The position numbers and the translations under genes were made by a program. This document shows, in pieces, positions 29,402 through 38,921 of a stretch of DNA of 51,715 nt (positions are counted from its first letter, which is position 1; every line of letters starts with the position of its first letter). The DNA lies in the NCBI GenBank assembly GCA_033762915.1, contig JANRLD010000113.1:1-51715 (forward strand), given 5' to 3'. The stretch comes from Meiothermus sp. (GTDB taxonomy: Bacteria > Deinococcota > Deinococci > Deinococcales > Thermaceae). A model generated the notes under the pieces. The model was given only the letters and a program-made list of their open reading frames with translations. It was not told the origin of the DNA and did not search any database.

Positions 29402-30346
29402 ATGCCATCCATGAAGGCGGTCCACATCCACAACTATGGCGCAGCCGACCAATTAATCCTCGAGGACGCCCCCCGCCCCACGCCCGCCGAGGGCGAGGTA
29501 CTGATCCGCGTCCACGCCACCGCCGCCAACCCCTTCGACTGCGCCGCTCGAGCCGGATACATGAGCGGCTGGTATCCCTACAGCTTCCCCCTGACGCTGG
29601 GCCTGGATATTTCAGGTGTGGTCGAGGAGATCGGCGATGGGGTGGAGGGGTTGGCGGCGGGCGAGGAGGTCTGGGCGCGGGCCAACCCGGCCATCAACGG
29701 AGCCTACGCCGAGTACGTGGCGGTCGCGGCCTCCGAGGTCGCCGCCAAGCCCCCCTCCCTCGACCATCTGCAAGCCGCCGCCATCCCGCACGCCGGACTG
29801 ACCGCCTGGCGCATGCTGATAGACGCCGCCAACGTCGGCGAGGGGCACACGGTTCTGATCCACGCGGCGGCGGGCGGGGTGGGCAGCCTGGCGGTCCAAC
29901 TGGCCAAGTGGCGCGGCGCAAGGGTGATTGGCACGGCCTCGGCACACAACCTCGAGTTCGTGCGCGAGCTGGGCGCGGACGAAGTAGTGGACTACAACCT
30001 CACCCCCTTCGAGGAGGTGGTGCAGGGCGTGGACATCGTGCTGGACACCGTGGGCGGCCAGACCCAGGAGCGCTCCTGGAGGGTGCTCAAGCCCGGCGGC
30101 ATTCTGCTGTCCATAGTCCAGGCCCCCTCCCAGGAAACCGCCGACGCGCACGGGGTGCGCCAGCAATTCGTGGGCGCCTTTCCGCCGGCGGGCGGCGTGC
30201 TGCGGGAGCTGGCGGCCCTGGTGGCGTCCGGCCACCTCAGGCCGGTGGTATCCACGGTGCTGGGACTGCACGAGACCCCCAAGGCCCACCAGATGCTCGA
30301 GGGCCGGCACGTCCGGGGAAAGCTGGTGCTCCGGGTGGCGGACTGA
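29402..30346 (+). CDS. NADP-dependent quinone oxidoreductase (MDR family)
   Basis: ANPFD, LGLDISG, HAAAGGVG, GKLVL. Confidence 0.9.
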   Translation: MPSMKAVHIHNYGAADQLILEDAPRPTPAEGEVLIRVHATAANPFDCAARAGYMSGWYPYSFPLTLGLDISGVVEEIGDGVEGLAAGEEVWARANPAINGAYAEYVAVAASEVAAKPPSLDHLQAAAIPHAGLTAWRMLIDAANVGEGHTVLIHAAAGGVGSLAVQLAKWRGARVIGTASAHNLEFVRELGADEVVDYNLTPFEEVVQGVDIVLDTVGGQTQERSWRVLKPGGILLSIVQAPSQETADAHGVRQQFVGAFPPAGGVLRELAALVASGHLRPVVSTVLGLHETPKAHQMLEGRHVRGKLVLRVAD

Positions 30347-30440
30347 GGCAGCGGCTCGAGGGGTCTGTTCGGGCCTAACTCCAACATCCCGCGGCCGGGC
30401 TCGGGGGCTGGAAATTGCGCACACCACCGACTTGAAGCTT

Positions 30441-30530
30441 TAGAGCGGTTCCCACGAACCGGTAGGGCGGTTTTTGCCGTACTAAGCACCATACTCCGTA
30501 CCGTGGGCGGAGTATGGGTGGGAAATGCGA
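30441..30530 (+). repeat. Dispersed structured repeat, copy 2 (diverged)
   Basis: TAGAGCGGTTCCCACGAA...GCGGTTTTTGC...CCATACTCCG/CGGAGTATGG stem...GTGGGAAATGCG. Confidence 0.7.
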
Positions 30531-30552
30531 CAATACACCAAAGGAGTTATTG

Positions 30553-31791
30553 ATGTCCGAACCCACCTCCATAGCCGCCGACCGCAAATACGATTTGTAC
30601 AGCCAGGCCACCAAGAACGACCCCTACGCTGTGTTTGCCCGGATGCGCCGCGAAGACCCCGTGTTCTCACAGCTCGGCCTTGACGGTAAGGTCAGGATTT
30701 GGTTCGTGACCCGCTACGAGGATGTGCAAACCGTCCTGCACCAGGACGGGCTCTTCGTGCGCGACCCCAGAAACGCCCTGCCCGCCGACAAGGTGCCCCA
30801 GCGCAGCCCCACCGAAGAGTTGCTGTTCAACCACATGCTCAATAAAGATGGTGACGAACACCGCCGTCTGCGGACCCTGGTCAGTCAGGCCTTCACCCCC
30901 AATCGGGTACGTGATCTGCGCCCTCGAGTCGAGGCCATCGCCCGCGACTTGATCGCGGCGGTGAAGCCCCAGGGGCAAATGGACCTGATCGGCGACTATG
31001 CCTTTCACCTGCCCACCATCGTGATCTCTGAAATGTTGGGGATTCCCAGCCAGGACCGTGAGAACTTCAAAAAGTGGTCAGAGGCGGTGATAAGTCCCGC
31101 CCTGACACCCGAAGCCCAAGCCAGAGCCGCTCAGTTGGTGGGGGAGTTCGTAGCCTATCTGCGGGAGCTGTTTGCCCTGCGGCGCTCGAGCCCCCAGGAC
31201 GACCTCGTCTCGGCCCTGCTGCAGGCCCACCAGACGGGCGATCAACTCTCCGAGTCCGAGCTGTTCAGTACCACAGTGCTGCTGATCATCGCTGGCCACG
31301 AAACTACCGTAAACCTGATCGGCAACGCCGTTCTGGCGTTGATGCGTTTTCCCGAAGCCAGAGCTGCCTTGCAGCAACACCCCGAGCAGATGGCAGGGGC
31401 GCTGGACGAATTTTTGCGCTACGACAGCCCGGTCGAGCGGTCTTTCTCGCGCTGGGCGGCCAGGGATACCGAACTCGGCGGACAGCAAATTCGCCGGGGC
31501 GATCTGGTGATGGGCATCCTGGGCGCGGCTAACCACGACCCCGAGAAATTCGCCGACCCGCAAACGCTCGACCTCTCGAGGAACGCCAGACGCCAGTTGG
31601 CCTTCGGGCACGGGATGCACTACTGCCTCGGGGCGCCACTGGCCCGGCTCGAGGGCGAAATTGCGCTGAACGCCTTGCTGCAAAACCTTCCCAACCTGCG
31701 GCTCGGCGTCCCCGAAGACCAACTGACCTGGCGCACCCAACCGATGTTTCGCGGCCTACGCCATTTTCCACTGGTTTGGGACGTGGTTTGA
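30553..31791 (+). CDS. Cytochrome P450
   Basis: AGHETT, EFLR, FGHGMHYCLG heme motif; AAGGAG RBS. Confidence 0.95.
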   Translation: MSEPTSIAADRKYDLYSQATKNDPYAVFARMRREDPVFSQLGLDGKVRIWFVTRYEDVQTVLHQDGLFVRDPRNALPADKVPQRSPTEELLFNHMLNKDGDEHRRLRTLVSQAFTPNRVRDLRPRVEAIARDLIAAVKPQGQMDLIGDYAFHLPTIVISEMLGIPSQDRENFKKWSEAVISPALTPEAQARAAQLVGEFVAYLRELFALRRSSPQDDLVSALLQAHQTGDQLSESELFSTTVLLIIAGHETTVNLIGNAVLALMRFPEARAALQQHPEQMAGALDEFLRYDSPVERSFSRWAARDTELGGQQIRRGDLVMGILGAANHDPEKFADPQTLDLSRNARRQLAFGHGMHYCLGAPLARLEGEIALNALLQNLPNLRLGVPEDQLTWRTQPMFRGLRHFPLVWDVV

Positions 31792-31894
31792 GGGGTTGAG
31801 GCTCGAGGCCTTTACGCACGGCGCAAAGATCCGGCGTTTTGCGGGCGGGCACCCTGGCCGCCTCGCGCCCGCCTCACACGATAAGATGTGCCCA

Positions 31895-32431
31895 ATGGCC
31901 CCCATATTCCTGGTGATGGGTACCCCCGCCTGCGGCAAGAGCACCGTCTCGAGGGCGCTGGCCTCGCGCTTTAAACTCGGTCTGCACATCCCGGTGGACC
32001 ACCTGCGGCACATGGTGGTGGCGGGTTTGAAAGAGCCGGGTTTTGACATGACCGAAGAAACCTTCACCCAGTTTCGCCTGGCGCGGGAGACGGCATCCTA
32101 CATGGCCCGACACTACGCCCAAGCGGGCTTCGCGGTGGCGATTGACGACTTCTGGATGCCACAAGGGCCAGACATGGGTTACCAGAGCGTGCTCGGCCCC
32201 GCCACCCCCAAGATATTGCTGCTGCCCAGCCTCGAGGCCACCCTCCAGCGCCTTTACACCCGCAATCCCGGCGAGGGCAGCTTCAAGAAGTATCTCGAGC
32301 AAGGTGTGCGGTATCTGTTCGACGAAATCCAGCAGCACCCCAAAACCGGCTGGCTGGTGGTGGACTCGAGCAACCTCACCGTCGAGCAGACTGTGGATCA
32401 GATCCTCGAGCTTACCCAGGCCGGGCCGTGA
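31895..32431 (+). CDS. AAA_33-like P-loop kinase/phosphotransferase
   Basis: GTPACGKST; TAAGAT 7 nt before the ATG. Confidence 0.75.
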   Translation: MAPIFLVMGTPACGKSTVSRALASRFKLGLHIPVDHLRHMVVAGLKEPGFDMTEETFTQFRLARETASYMARHYAQAGFAVAIDDFWMPQGPDMGYQSVLGPATPKILLLPSLEATLQRLYTRNPGEGSFKKYLEQGVRYLFDEIQQHPKTGWLVVDSSNLTVEQTVDQILELTQAGP

Positions 32432-32470
32432 GCCTCGAGGGGTATGCTGGGTGAAGCTCTCGAGGTCCGT

Positions 32471-32950
32471 ATGAACGTCGAACAACGCCTCTCCGCCCTC
32501 GGCCTGGTGCTCCCCGAGTCGGTCAAGCCACCGCCCGGCACCGTGCTGCCCTTCGCCTTCGTTCGCGTCCTGGGCGACCGGGCCATCATCTCCGGCCACG
32601 GGCCGCTGAACCCCGACGGCACACTGGCCCGGCCGCTGGGCAAGGTGGGGCGGGAAGTCACCCCCGAGCAGGGCTACTTCGCCGCCCGCCTGACCGGGCT
32701 GGCCATGCTGGGCAGCCTGAAGCGGGCCCTGGGCGACCTGGACCGGGTGGTGGCCTGGGGCCGGGTGTTCGGGATGGTGAACGCGGCCCCGGGGTTTAAC
32801 CGTCTGCCGGCGGTGATCAACGGCTTCTCCGACTTGATCCTCGAGCTCTACGGCCCCGAGGCCGGCGCCCACGCCCGCAGTGCGGTCGGGCTGGCCGAAC
32901 TGCCCTTCGACATCCCGGTGGAGATTGAGGGCGAGGTGCTAATAAGGTAG
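32471..32950 (+). CDS. RidA/YjgF family protein
   Basis: ISGHGP, VINGFSDL, HARSAVG..LPFDIPVEIE. Confidence 0.9.
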   Translation: MNVEQRLSALGLVLPESVKPPPGTVLPFAFVRVLGDRAIISGHGPLNPDGTLARPLGKVGREVTPEQGYFAARLTGLAMLGSLKRALGDLDRVVAWGRVFGMVNAAPGFNRLPAVINGFSDLILELYGPEAGAHARSAVGLAELPFDIPVEIEGEVLIR

Positions 32951-33088
32951 GCGCCGGGAGACCAGGTTTCGGCCACAACAGCAACGCTACATCAGGGTCT
33001 CGAGCGATCCCTCTCTCCGCCCCCAACCAGCCACCACCGGGTGCAGATCGAAGCGCCCGCTTGAGCCGCACCCGGAGTATGCTGGCGC

Positions 33089-34093
33089 ATGCCTCAGACC
33101 ACCGTACTCGTCACCGGGGCCAGCGGGTTTGTGGCCCTGCACTGCGCCCGGCAGTTGTTAGAGCAGGGCTACGGCGTGCGCGGAACCCTGCGCTCGCTGG
33201 ACAGGGCGCCCGCACTCCGCAAAGCCCTGGGCGACGCGGGAGACGGCCTGGAGTTCGTCCAGGCCGATCTGCACAGCGACCAGGGCTGGGACCAGGCCGC
33301 CCAAGGCTGCGCCTACGTGCTCCACGTGGCCTCGCCCTTCCCTCTGACCATCCCCGCCGACGAGAACGAGCTGATCGTTCCCGCCCGGGAGGGAACCCTG
33401 CGGGTGCTGAGGGCGGCGAAGCAGGCGGGCGTGCGGCGGGTGGTGCTGACCTCCTCCATCGCCGCCGTCATGAACGGGCACGCCGAGGCGAAAAGGGTCT
33501 TCGACGAGCGCGACTGGACCAACCTCGAGGGCCCTATCCAGCCCTACCCCAAGAGCAAAACCCTGGCCGAGCAGGCCGCCTGGGCCTACGCCAAGGAGGG
33601 CGGCCTCGAGCTTAGCGTCATCGCGCCCGGGCTGATCCTGGGGCCGTCGCTGGACGGGCACTACCCGACCTCGAGGGAGTACATCCGCAAGCTGATGCGC
33701 CGCGAGGTGCCGGGGGTCTCGCGCACCACCCTCTTCACGGTGGACGTGCGCGACGTGGCCGCCGCCCACCTCGCCGCCATGACCGCCCCCAAGGCCGCGG
33801 GCGGGCGCTTTATCGCCGTCGAGGGGGGACACCGCTTCCTCGAGATCGCCCGGATCTTGCAGCGCCACCTGGCCCCCAAGGGCTACCGCATCTCGACCCT
33901 CGAGTTCCCCGACTGGGTGGTGCGGCTGGTGGCGCTCACCGACAAAACCGTGCGGTTGACCCTGGGCGAGCTGGGCAAGGAGTACAGCTTCGACACCGGG
34001 CGCATCCGAGCAGAGCTGGGCTGGCAGCCGCGAGCGCTCGAGGAGAGCGTGGTAGCGATGGCCGAGGGGATGATCGCACACAAGCTGGTCTGA
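33089..34093 (+). CDS. NAD-dependent epimerase/dehydratase (dihydroflavonol reductase-like)
   Basis: VTGASGFVA, HVASP, TSSIAA, YPKSKTLAE. Confidence 0.9.
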   Translation: MPQTTVLVTGASGFVALHCARQLLEQGYGVRGTLRSLDRAPALRKALGDAGDGLEFVQADLHSDQGWDQAAQGCAYVLHVASPFPLTIPADENELIVPAREGTLRVLRAAKQAGVRRVVLTSSIAAVMNGHAEAKRVFDERDWTNLEGPIQPYPKSKTLAEQAAWAYAKEGGLELSVIAPGLILGPSLDGHYPTSREYIRKLMRREVPGVSRTTLFTVDVRDVAAAHLAAMTAPKAAGGRFIAVEGGHRFLEIARILQRHLAPKGYRISTLEFPDWVVRLVALTDKTVRLTLGELGKEYSFDTGRIRAELGWQPRALEESVVAMAEGMIAHKLV

Positions 34094-34133
34094 GTGAAAC
34101 GGGATACAGGCAACCTTTGAAGGGAGCGACCCT

Positions 34134-35483
34134 ATGATTACCTCCGACCAACTGCGCACCGTAGCGGTGCTGGCTGAACTCAGCGATAGCGATCTCGAGT
34201 GGCTGATTGCGCATGGTCAGGAAGCCGAGTACCAGGCTGGGGAAGTCTTTATTCGGGATGGCGACGCGCCTGAATGGTTGTACATCTTGTTGCAGGGCGA
34301 GGTGGAGTTCTACTGGGCCAACTCGAGCCATGCCATCTACATCACCCGCGCCGGGGAGGTGGTGGGAGCGCTGCCCCACTCGCGCATGGTGCGCTACAAC
34401 GGCAGCGGGAGAGCGGCCCTGCCTGTGCGCAGTCTCAATATCCACCGGGATGTTTTTCCCGCCATGCTGGCCACCATCCCGGCCTTGGATGCCAAGCTGA
34501 TCGGAGTCATGACCGATCGTGTGCGATCTATTACCCAACTCAATTTGCGCGAAGAAAAACTGCTCTCGCTGGGCAAACTGGCTGCCGGGCTGGCCCACGA
34601 ACTCAACAACCCTGCCGCCGCTGCAAACCGGGCTGCTGCCCAGTTTGTTGAAACTGCGGCCGCTTTGGAGCGTCATTCCCGTGTTATGGCCCGGCAGCTC
34701 GAGCCAGAGCAATTCGACCAACTGTGCCAACAGGTTGAGCGCTTACACCCCCGCATCCTGAGTGCTTTTGAGCAAAGCGAACTCGAGCAAAACCTAAGCG
34801 ACTGGTTGGAAGACCAAGGTATGGACCAGGCTTGGGAAATTGCCCCAACTTTGGCCGAAGCTGGGGTCAGCCCCGCTTGGCTGGAGGCCCTGCAACTGCC
34901 TGATGAAGTTTTGACAACGGCGGTAGGCTGGCTTGAGGCACACCTGCGCACCCGCCTGCTGGCCCAAGAGATCGCCCTCAGCACCCAGCGCATCTCCGAA
35001 CTGGTAGGGGCGGTCAAGCGCTACACCTACATGGATCAAAGCCCCAAACAAGAGGTGGATATCCACCAAGGTTTAGAAGATACCTTAACCCTCCACCACC
35101 ACCGTCTGGATAGCGTCACCATCCAGCGCCTCTACGACCCCAATCTGCCCCGCATTATGGCCTTTGGGGGCGAACTTAATCAGGTTTGGAGCAACCTGAT
35201 TGGCAATGCCCTAGACGCGATGGAAGATTCAGGCACCCTAACACTGCGGACGGTGCTCGAGCACGAAATTGTGGTGGTTGAGATTACCGACAGCGGGCCG
35301 GGCATCTCAGCAGAAATCCGGGGGAAAGTCTTCGACCCCTTCTTTAGCACCAAACCTCCCGGCAAGGGTGCAGGGCTGGGGCTGAGTATCAGCAACAACA
35401 TCATTCGGCAGCACAAGGGAGCCATCAGCGTTGGTTCAACGGCAAGCGGCACGGTGGTTCGGGTTAGCCTGCCTTTGGTTTGA
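34134..35483 (+). CDS. Cyclic-nucleotide-binding domain sensor histidine kinase
   Basis: N-terminal cNMP domain, LAHELNNP H box, NLIGNALDA, DSGPGI, FFSTK, GAGLGL. Confidence 0.88.
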   Translation: MITSDQLRTVAVLAELSDSDLEWLIAHGQEAEYQAGEVFIRDGDAPEWLYILLQGEVEFYWANSSHAIYITRAGEVVGALPHSRMVRYNGSGRAALPVRSLNIHRDVFPAMLATIPALDAKLIGVMTDRVRSITQLNLREEKLLSLGKLAAGLAHELNNPAAAANRAAAQFVETAAALERHSRVMARQLEPEQFDQLCQQVERLHPRILSAFEQSELEQNLSDWLEDQGMDQAWEIAPTLAEAGVSPAWLEALQLPDEVLTTAVGWLEAHLRTRLLAQEIALSTQRISELVGAVKRYTYMDQSPKQEVDIHQGLEDTLTLHHHRLDSVTIQRLYDPNLPRIMAFGGELNQVWSNLIGNALDAMEDSGTLTLRTVLEHEIVVVEITDSGPGISAEIRGKVFDPFFSTKPPGKGAGLGLSISNNIIRQHKGAISVGSTASGTVVRVSLPLV

Positions 35484-35553
35484 GGAACAAGCTGTTGTTC
35501 TCGAGTCTGGGGGCACACCTGAGTTATATGTTGTGCCAGAAATCTATGCACCT

Positions 35554-35622
35554 ATCGCATTTGCCACCCTTACCTCCCTCGAGGCGGCAGGTAAAGTACT
35601 CCCTACAGCAAAAACCGCTGTA
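35554..35622 (-). repeat. Dispersed structured repeat, copy 3 (lacks 5' arm)
   Basis: Minus strand TACAGCGGTTTTTGCTGTAGGGAGTACTTTACCTGCCGCCTCGAGGGAGGTAAGGGTGGCAAATGCGAT. Confidence 0.8.
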
Positions 35623-35861
35623 TGGTATCCACAAAAAGCTCAAGGAGCACCCATCCATCCCAACCCAGCTCAGGGCCGAAGAAAGCGCTGTCATCCCATT
35701 ATCGCCTCGAGACCAACCCCGTGTTGACAGTTTTTTGAACGAGGAGCCCTCCGCCCCCGATGGCAGCCTTGGCCTCCGGCGGTTGTAGCGCGGCCAGCAC
35801 GCTGACGCTCACAGGCCATAGCTCGAGAGCCAGCCCGGCAACTCCCGTTTCCAGCCCGGCG

Positions 35862-36569
35862 CTACAGCCTTCCCGTCACCACCATGTGCATCACGTTGGG
35901 GCCTTCGAAGCCGGGCGAGAGGTACAGCAGGACAACCGCGACGAGGTTGTTGTACACATAGACCTGCTCCACGCGATACCCGAAGACGCAGTTGCGGGCC
36001 GGGGGCATTTGCAGGTCGCGCTGAAGCACCCTGGTATGCCTCGAGATCAATAGCAGCCTCAGGCCCCGCACCGCCTGGTCGGGCTCGGCGTAGGTGCAGG
36101 TGTGGCGGGCCTGGGTCAGCTCGAGGCGCACCCGGTAGCTCTGCCCCCTGTACTGGAACAAAAACTCGCTCCCCGCCGCATCGGGCTGCACGGCGGTGGG
36201 GATCACGCCGCCGGTGTCGAGCGGGCGGTACAGCACGCGCTGGCCCAGGTTTTGGCCGCTCACTCGAGTCTGCCGCAGCAGCGGTGAGGCACGGGTGAAG
36301 ACCCGGCGCTCGATGTCGGGCAAGCTGACGTTGCCGGGGTTCGGCTCGACTTCGGTGAAGCGTTCGGTAAATGGGGCGCGCACGAACCGATTTCCCAGCA
36401 CGTCCACCACCGTAAGGTCGCTGACCAGAAAACCACTCCCGTCCTGCGTCCAGGAGCGCTGAAAGGCCAGATAGCGCCCGTCCGGCGAGAACCCCAGCCA
36501 GCGCAGCACGGACAGGTCGCCCGCAAAGGCAAAGCCGAGCACCAGCACCGAGGCCCAGAGACGCTTCAT
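35862..36569 (-). CDS. DUF2259-like secreted protein
   Basis: Signal peptide, LGFSPDGRYLAF..QDGSGF, PGFEGP; TACACT 6 nt before the ATG. Confidence 0.75.
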   Translation of the reverse strand: MKRLWASVLVLGFAFAGDLSVLRWLGFSPDGRYLAFQRSWTQDGSGFLVSDLTVVDVLGNRFVRAPFTERFTEVEPNPGNVSLPDIERRVFTRASPLLRQTRVSGQNLGQRVLYRPLDTGGVIPTAVQPDAAGSEFLFQYRGQSYRVRLELTQARHTCTYAEPDQAVRGLRLLLISRHTRVLQRDLQMPPARNCVFGYRVEQVYVYNNLVAVVLLYLSPGFEGPNVMHMVVTGRL

Positions 36570-36598
36570 GGCTCTAGTGTAGCAGCGGAGGCTCGAGC

Positions 36599-37324
36599 CT
36601 AGACATGCACCGAGCGCCGGAACTGCCGCAGCAGCAGGGCGATGAGTAGAAGAGAATACAGCGCCGCGACCAGTGCGTAGACCCCATAGGGCTTTCCCTC
36701 CACCGCCTCCACGAAGACCTTCATGCCCCAATAGTGCGGCACCAGCCCGGCCCACAGCTGCGCAGGCATCGGCAGCAGGAAGGCCACGACGGGCAGCACC
36801 ATGATCAGATTGACGAACTTCAGCACGTTCAGCCCGGCCACCTTGTTGGCCACGAAGGCCGCCAGGAACAAGGCGTTCACCGGCCCGGTGAGCGCGGCCA
36901 GGAGGCAGACCAGCAGCAGCTCAGGCCACCCGACCCGGGCCAGGCCGGTGAGCGGGAAGGTCAGCAGCGTGACCGCCGTGCCCAGCACGGTCGGGAGGGC
37001 GGCGCGGTAGATCAGGAAGTGGCTCAGCAGCAGCGGCGAGACCAGCAGGGCCAGCACCGTGCGCTCGTCCTTCTCGTCCAAGAGCAGGAAGCCCACCATC
37101 AGGCTCACCAGCGCGGGCACTATGTACAAGAAGAGGGCGGCGACGAGCGGGTAGTAGGGCCGCAGGTCGAAGCCCAGGCGCTCAAGGGCCTCACTCCCCG
37201 CCGGCAGACCCAGGCGCAGCGCGGCCGCCATCAGCAGCGGGATTAACGGGATATAGAGCAGCAGGGGGTCTCGAGCGATGTTGCGCAGGTCGGCCCCCAG
37301 CAGACCCCAGTAGATGCCCAGCAT
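36599..37324 (-). CDS. ABC transporter permease (fluoroquinolone-export type)
   Basis: LLDEKDERT..L.VSPL motif, 6 TM helices. Confidence 0.82.
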   Translation of the reverse strand: MLGIYWGLLGADLRNIARDPLLLYIPLIPLLMAAALRLGLPAGSEALERLGFDLRPYYPLVAALFLYIVPALVSLMVGFLLLDEKDERTVLALLVSPLLLSHFLIYRAALPTVLGTAVTLLTFPLTGLARVGWPELLLVCLLAALTGPVNALFLAAFVANKVAGLNVLKFVNLIMVLPVVAFLLPMPAQLWAGLVPHYWGMKVFVEAVEGKPYGVYALVAALYSLLLIALLLRQFRRSVHV

Positions 37325-37325
37325 C

Positions 37326-38036
37326 TCAGCCCTCCCCCGCGGCCCCGGGCCGCACGAATCGGTCGAAGGCGCCTCGAGCCAGCCATAGCCACAGCCAGAC
37401 CCAAACCGCCGCACCCGCCAGGCCGTAGAGCACCCACCCCCCCGGCAGCGGCCCCGCCCCGGCCTGCGCCAGGATCAGCGCGGGCGTTAGGGGGTGCCAG
37501 GCCAGCCAGAACCAGGGGACGCCGAGCACCCCCAGCAGCGGCAGCAGCAGGAACAAAGTCGCCAGCACCGAGGGCATCAGCAGTTCGTTCAGGCTCTCGT
37601 AGCGCGAGGTCAGCCAGAAGCCGACCAGGGTGTAGAGGGCGCTGGTGACCAGCATCCCCAGCAGCAGCAGGGGCAGGCTGTGCGGCGGCCCGAAGGCCGA
37701 TAGGAGCACCAGCAGCCCCTCGAGCAGCGTGACCGCCGCCAGCGAGAGCACCTTGGCGGCCAGATACTCCCCGCGCCGCAGCGGCGTGACGCTCAGGCCG
37801 GCCAGGGTCCCCTCACCCTTCTCGAGGAGCACCTGCGCCGCGACGAAGTAGAAGGCGGTCAGTAGGGCGTTCAGGCCGACGAAGAGCGGCACGAAGACGG
37901 CGGGCTCCGCGCCCTTAAGGGGGGTGAGGTGAAGGCCCAACAGCCAGAAGGCCGTCACGAACAGGGCGGCGCTATAGAAGCCGTTGCGCCACTGCTGGCG
38001 GAAGTCGAGCCCAAGGGTTGACCACAGACGTTTCAT
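37326..38036 (-). CDS. ABC transporter permease (fluoroquinolone-export type)
   Basis: LLEKGEGTLAGLSVTPLRRGEYLAAK motif. Confidence 0.82.
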   Translation of the reverse strand: MKRLWSTLGLDFRQQWRNGFYSAALFVTAFWLLGLHLTPLKGAEPAVFVPLFVGLNALLTAFYFVAAQVLLEKGEGTLAGLSVTPLRRGEYLAAKVLSLAAVTLLEGLLVLLSAFGPPHSLPLLLLGMLVTSALYTLVGFWLTSRYESLNELLMPSVLATLFLLLPLLGVLGVPWFWLAWHPLTPALILAQAGAGPLPGGWVLYGLAGAAVWVWLWLWLARGAFDRFVRPGAAGEG

Positions 38037-38047
38037 AAGACTCCGGC

Positions 38048-38908
38048 TCAGGCCGCCTCGAGGGTCTTCCCGGTCACGCGGATAAAGATGCTCTCGAGGG
38101 TACTCTCTTGGCTGTGGACGGTGCGCAAATGGGACGATTTTAGCAGGGCTAGAAAGGAGGGGTTATCGGCCAAATTGTCAAGCGAGAAGTTGTGCACCTT
38201 GACCTCTTCCCCGTTCCCGACTTCGACCTTGAGCGTGCGCTCGCCGTAGCGCAGTTTGAGTTCAGACGGGCGGTCTATCAGCGCAATCTTGCCGTCCACC
38301 ATGAAGGCTACGCGGTCGCAGACTTCGTCGGCGAAGGCCATATTGTGGGTGGTGAGGAAGACCGTAGTGCCTTCCTGCTGCTTCTGGTGGATGATTTCCT
38401 TGACACGCCTGGAGTTCACCGGGTCGAGGCCCGAGGTCGGCTCGTCGAGAAAGAGCAACTTGGGACGGTGCAGAAGTGCTCGAGCCAAGTTCAGCCGAAT
38501 CCGCATCCCCTTCGAGAAGTCCGAGACCCGCTTGCGGGCATCCTCGGCCAGCCCGACCCACTCGAGCACCTTCATGGGATCATCGGTCTTGTCTGCGTAG
38601 AGGGTGCGGAAGTATTGCAGGTTCTCGAGCGCCGTCAGTTTCAGGTAGTGGTTGGGCAATTCGAACGAGACCCCGATCTGCCGGTAATAGTCCGATGACC
38701 AGCTTTGTAGGGGCTTCCCCAGTACGCTTACCTCACCCTCGAAACCTCTAAGCAGCCCAATCAGGATCTTCTGGGTGGTACTTTTCCCCGCCCCGCTAGG
38801 GCCAAGAAAACCAAAGATTTCACCTGGTTCGACGCTAAAGTTGAGGTTCTCGAGCGCCCATTTCTGCCCGCCCGAATAGCAATAATTGAGATTCGATACT
38901 TTTATCAT
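38048..38908 (-). CDS. ABC transporter ATP-binding protein
   Basis: GPSGAGKST, FSKGM, LDEPTSGLDP, TTHNM. Confidence 0.92.
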   Translation of the reverse strand: MIKVSNLNYCYSGGQKWALENLNFSVEPGEIFGFLGPSGAGKSTTQKILIGLLRGFEGEVSVLGKPLQSWSSDYYRQIGVSFELPNHYLKLTALENLQYFRTLYADKTDDPMKVLEWVGLAEDARKRVSDFSKGMRIRLNLARALLHRPKLLFLDEPTSGLDPVNSRRVKEIIHQKQQEGTTVFLTTHNMAFADEVCDRVAFMVDGKIALIDRPSELKLRYGERTLKVEVGNGEEVKVHNFSLDNLADNPSFLALLKSSHLRTVHSQESTLESIFIRVTGKTLEAA

Positions 38909-38921
38909 CTTCCCCCCTCAA

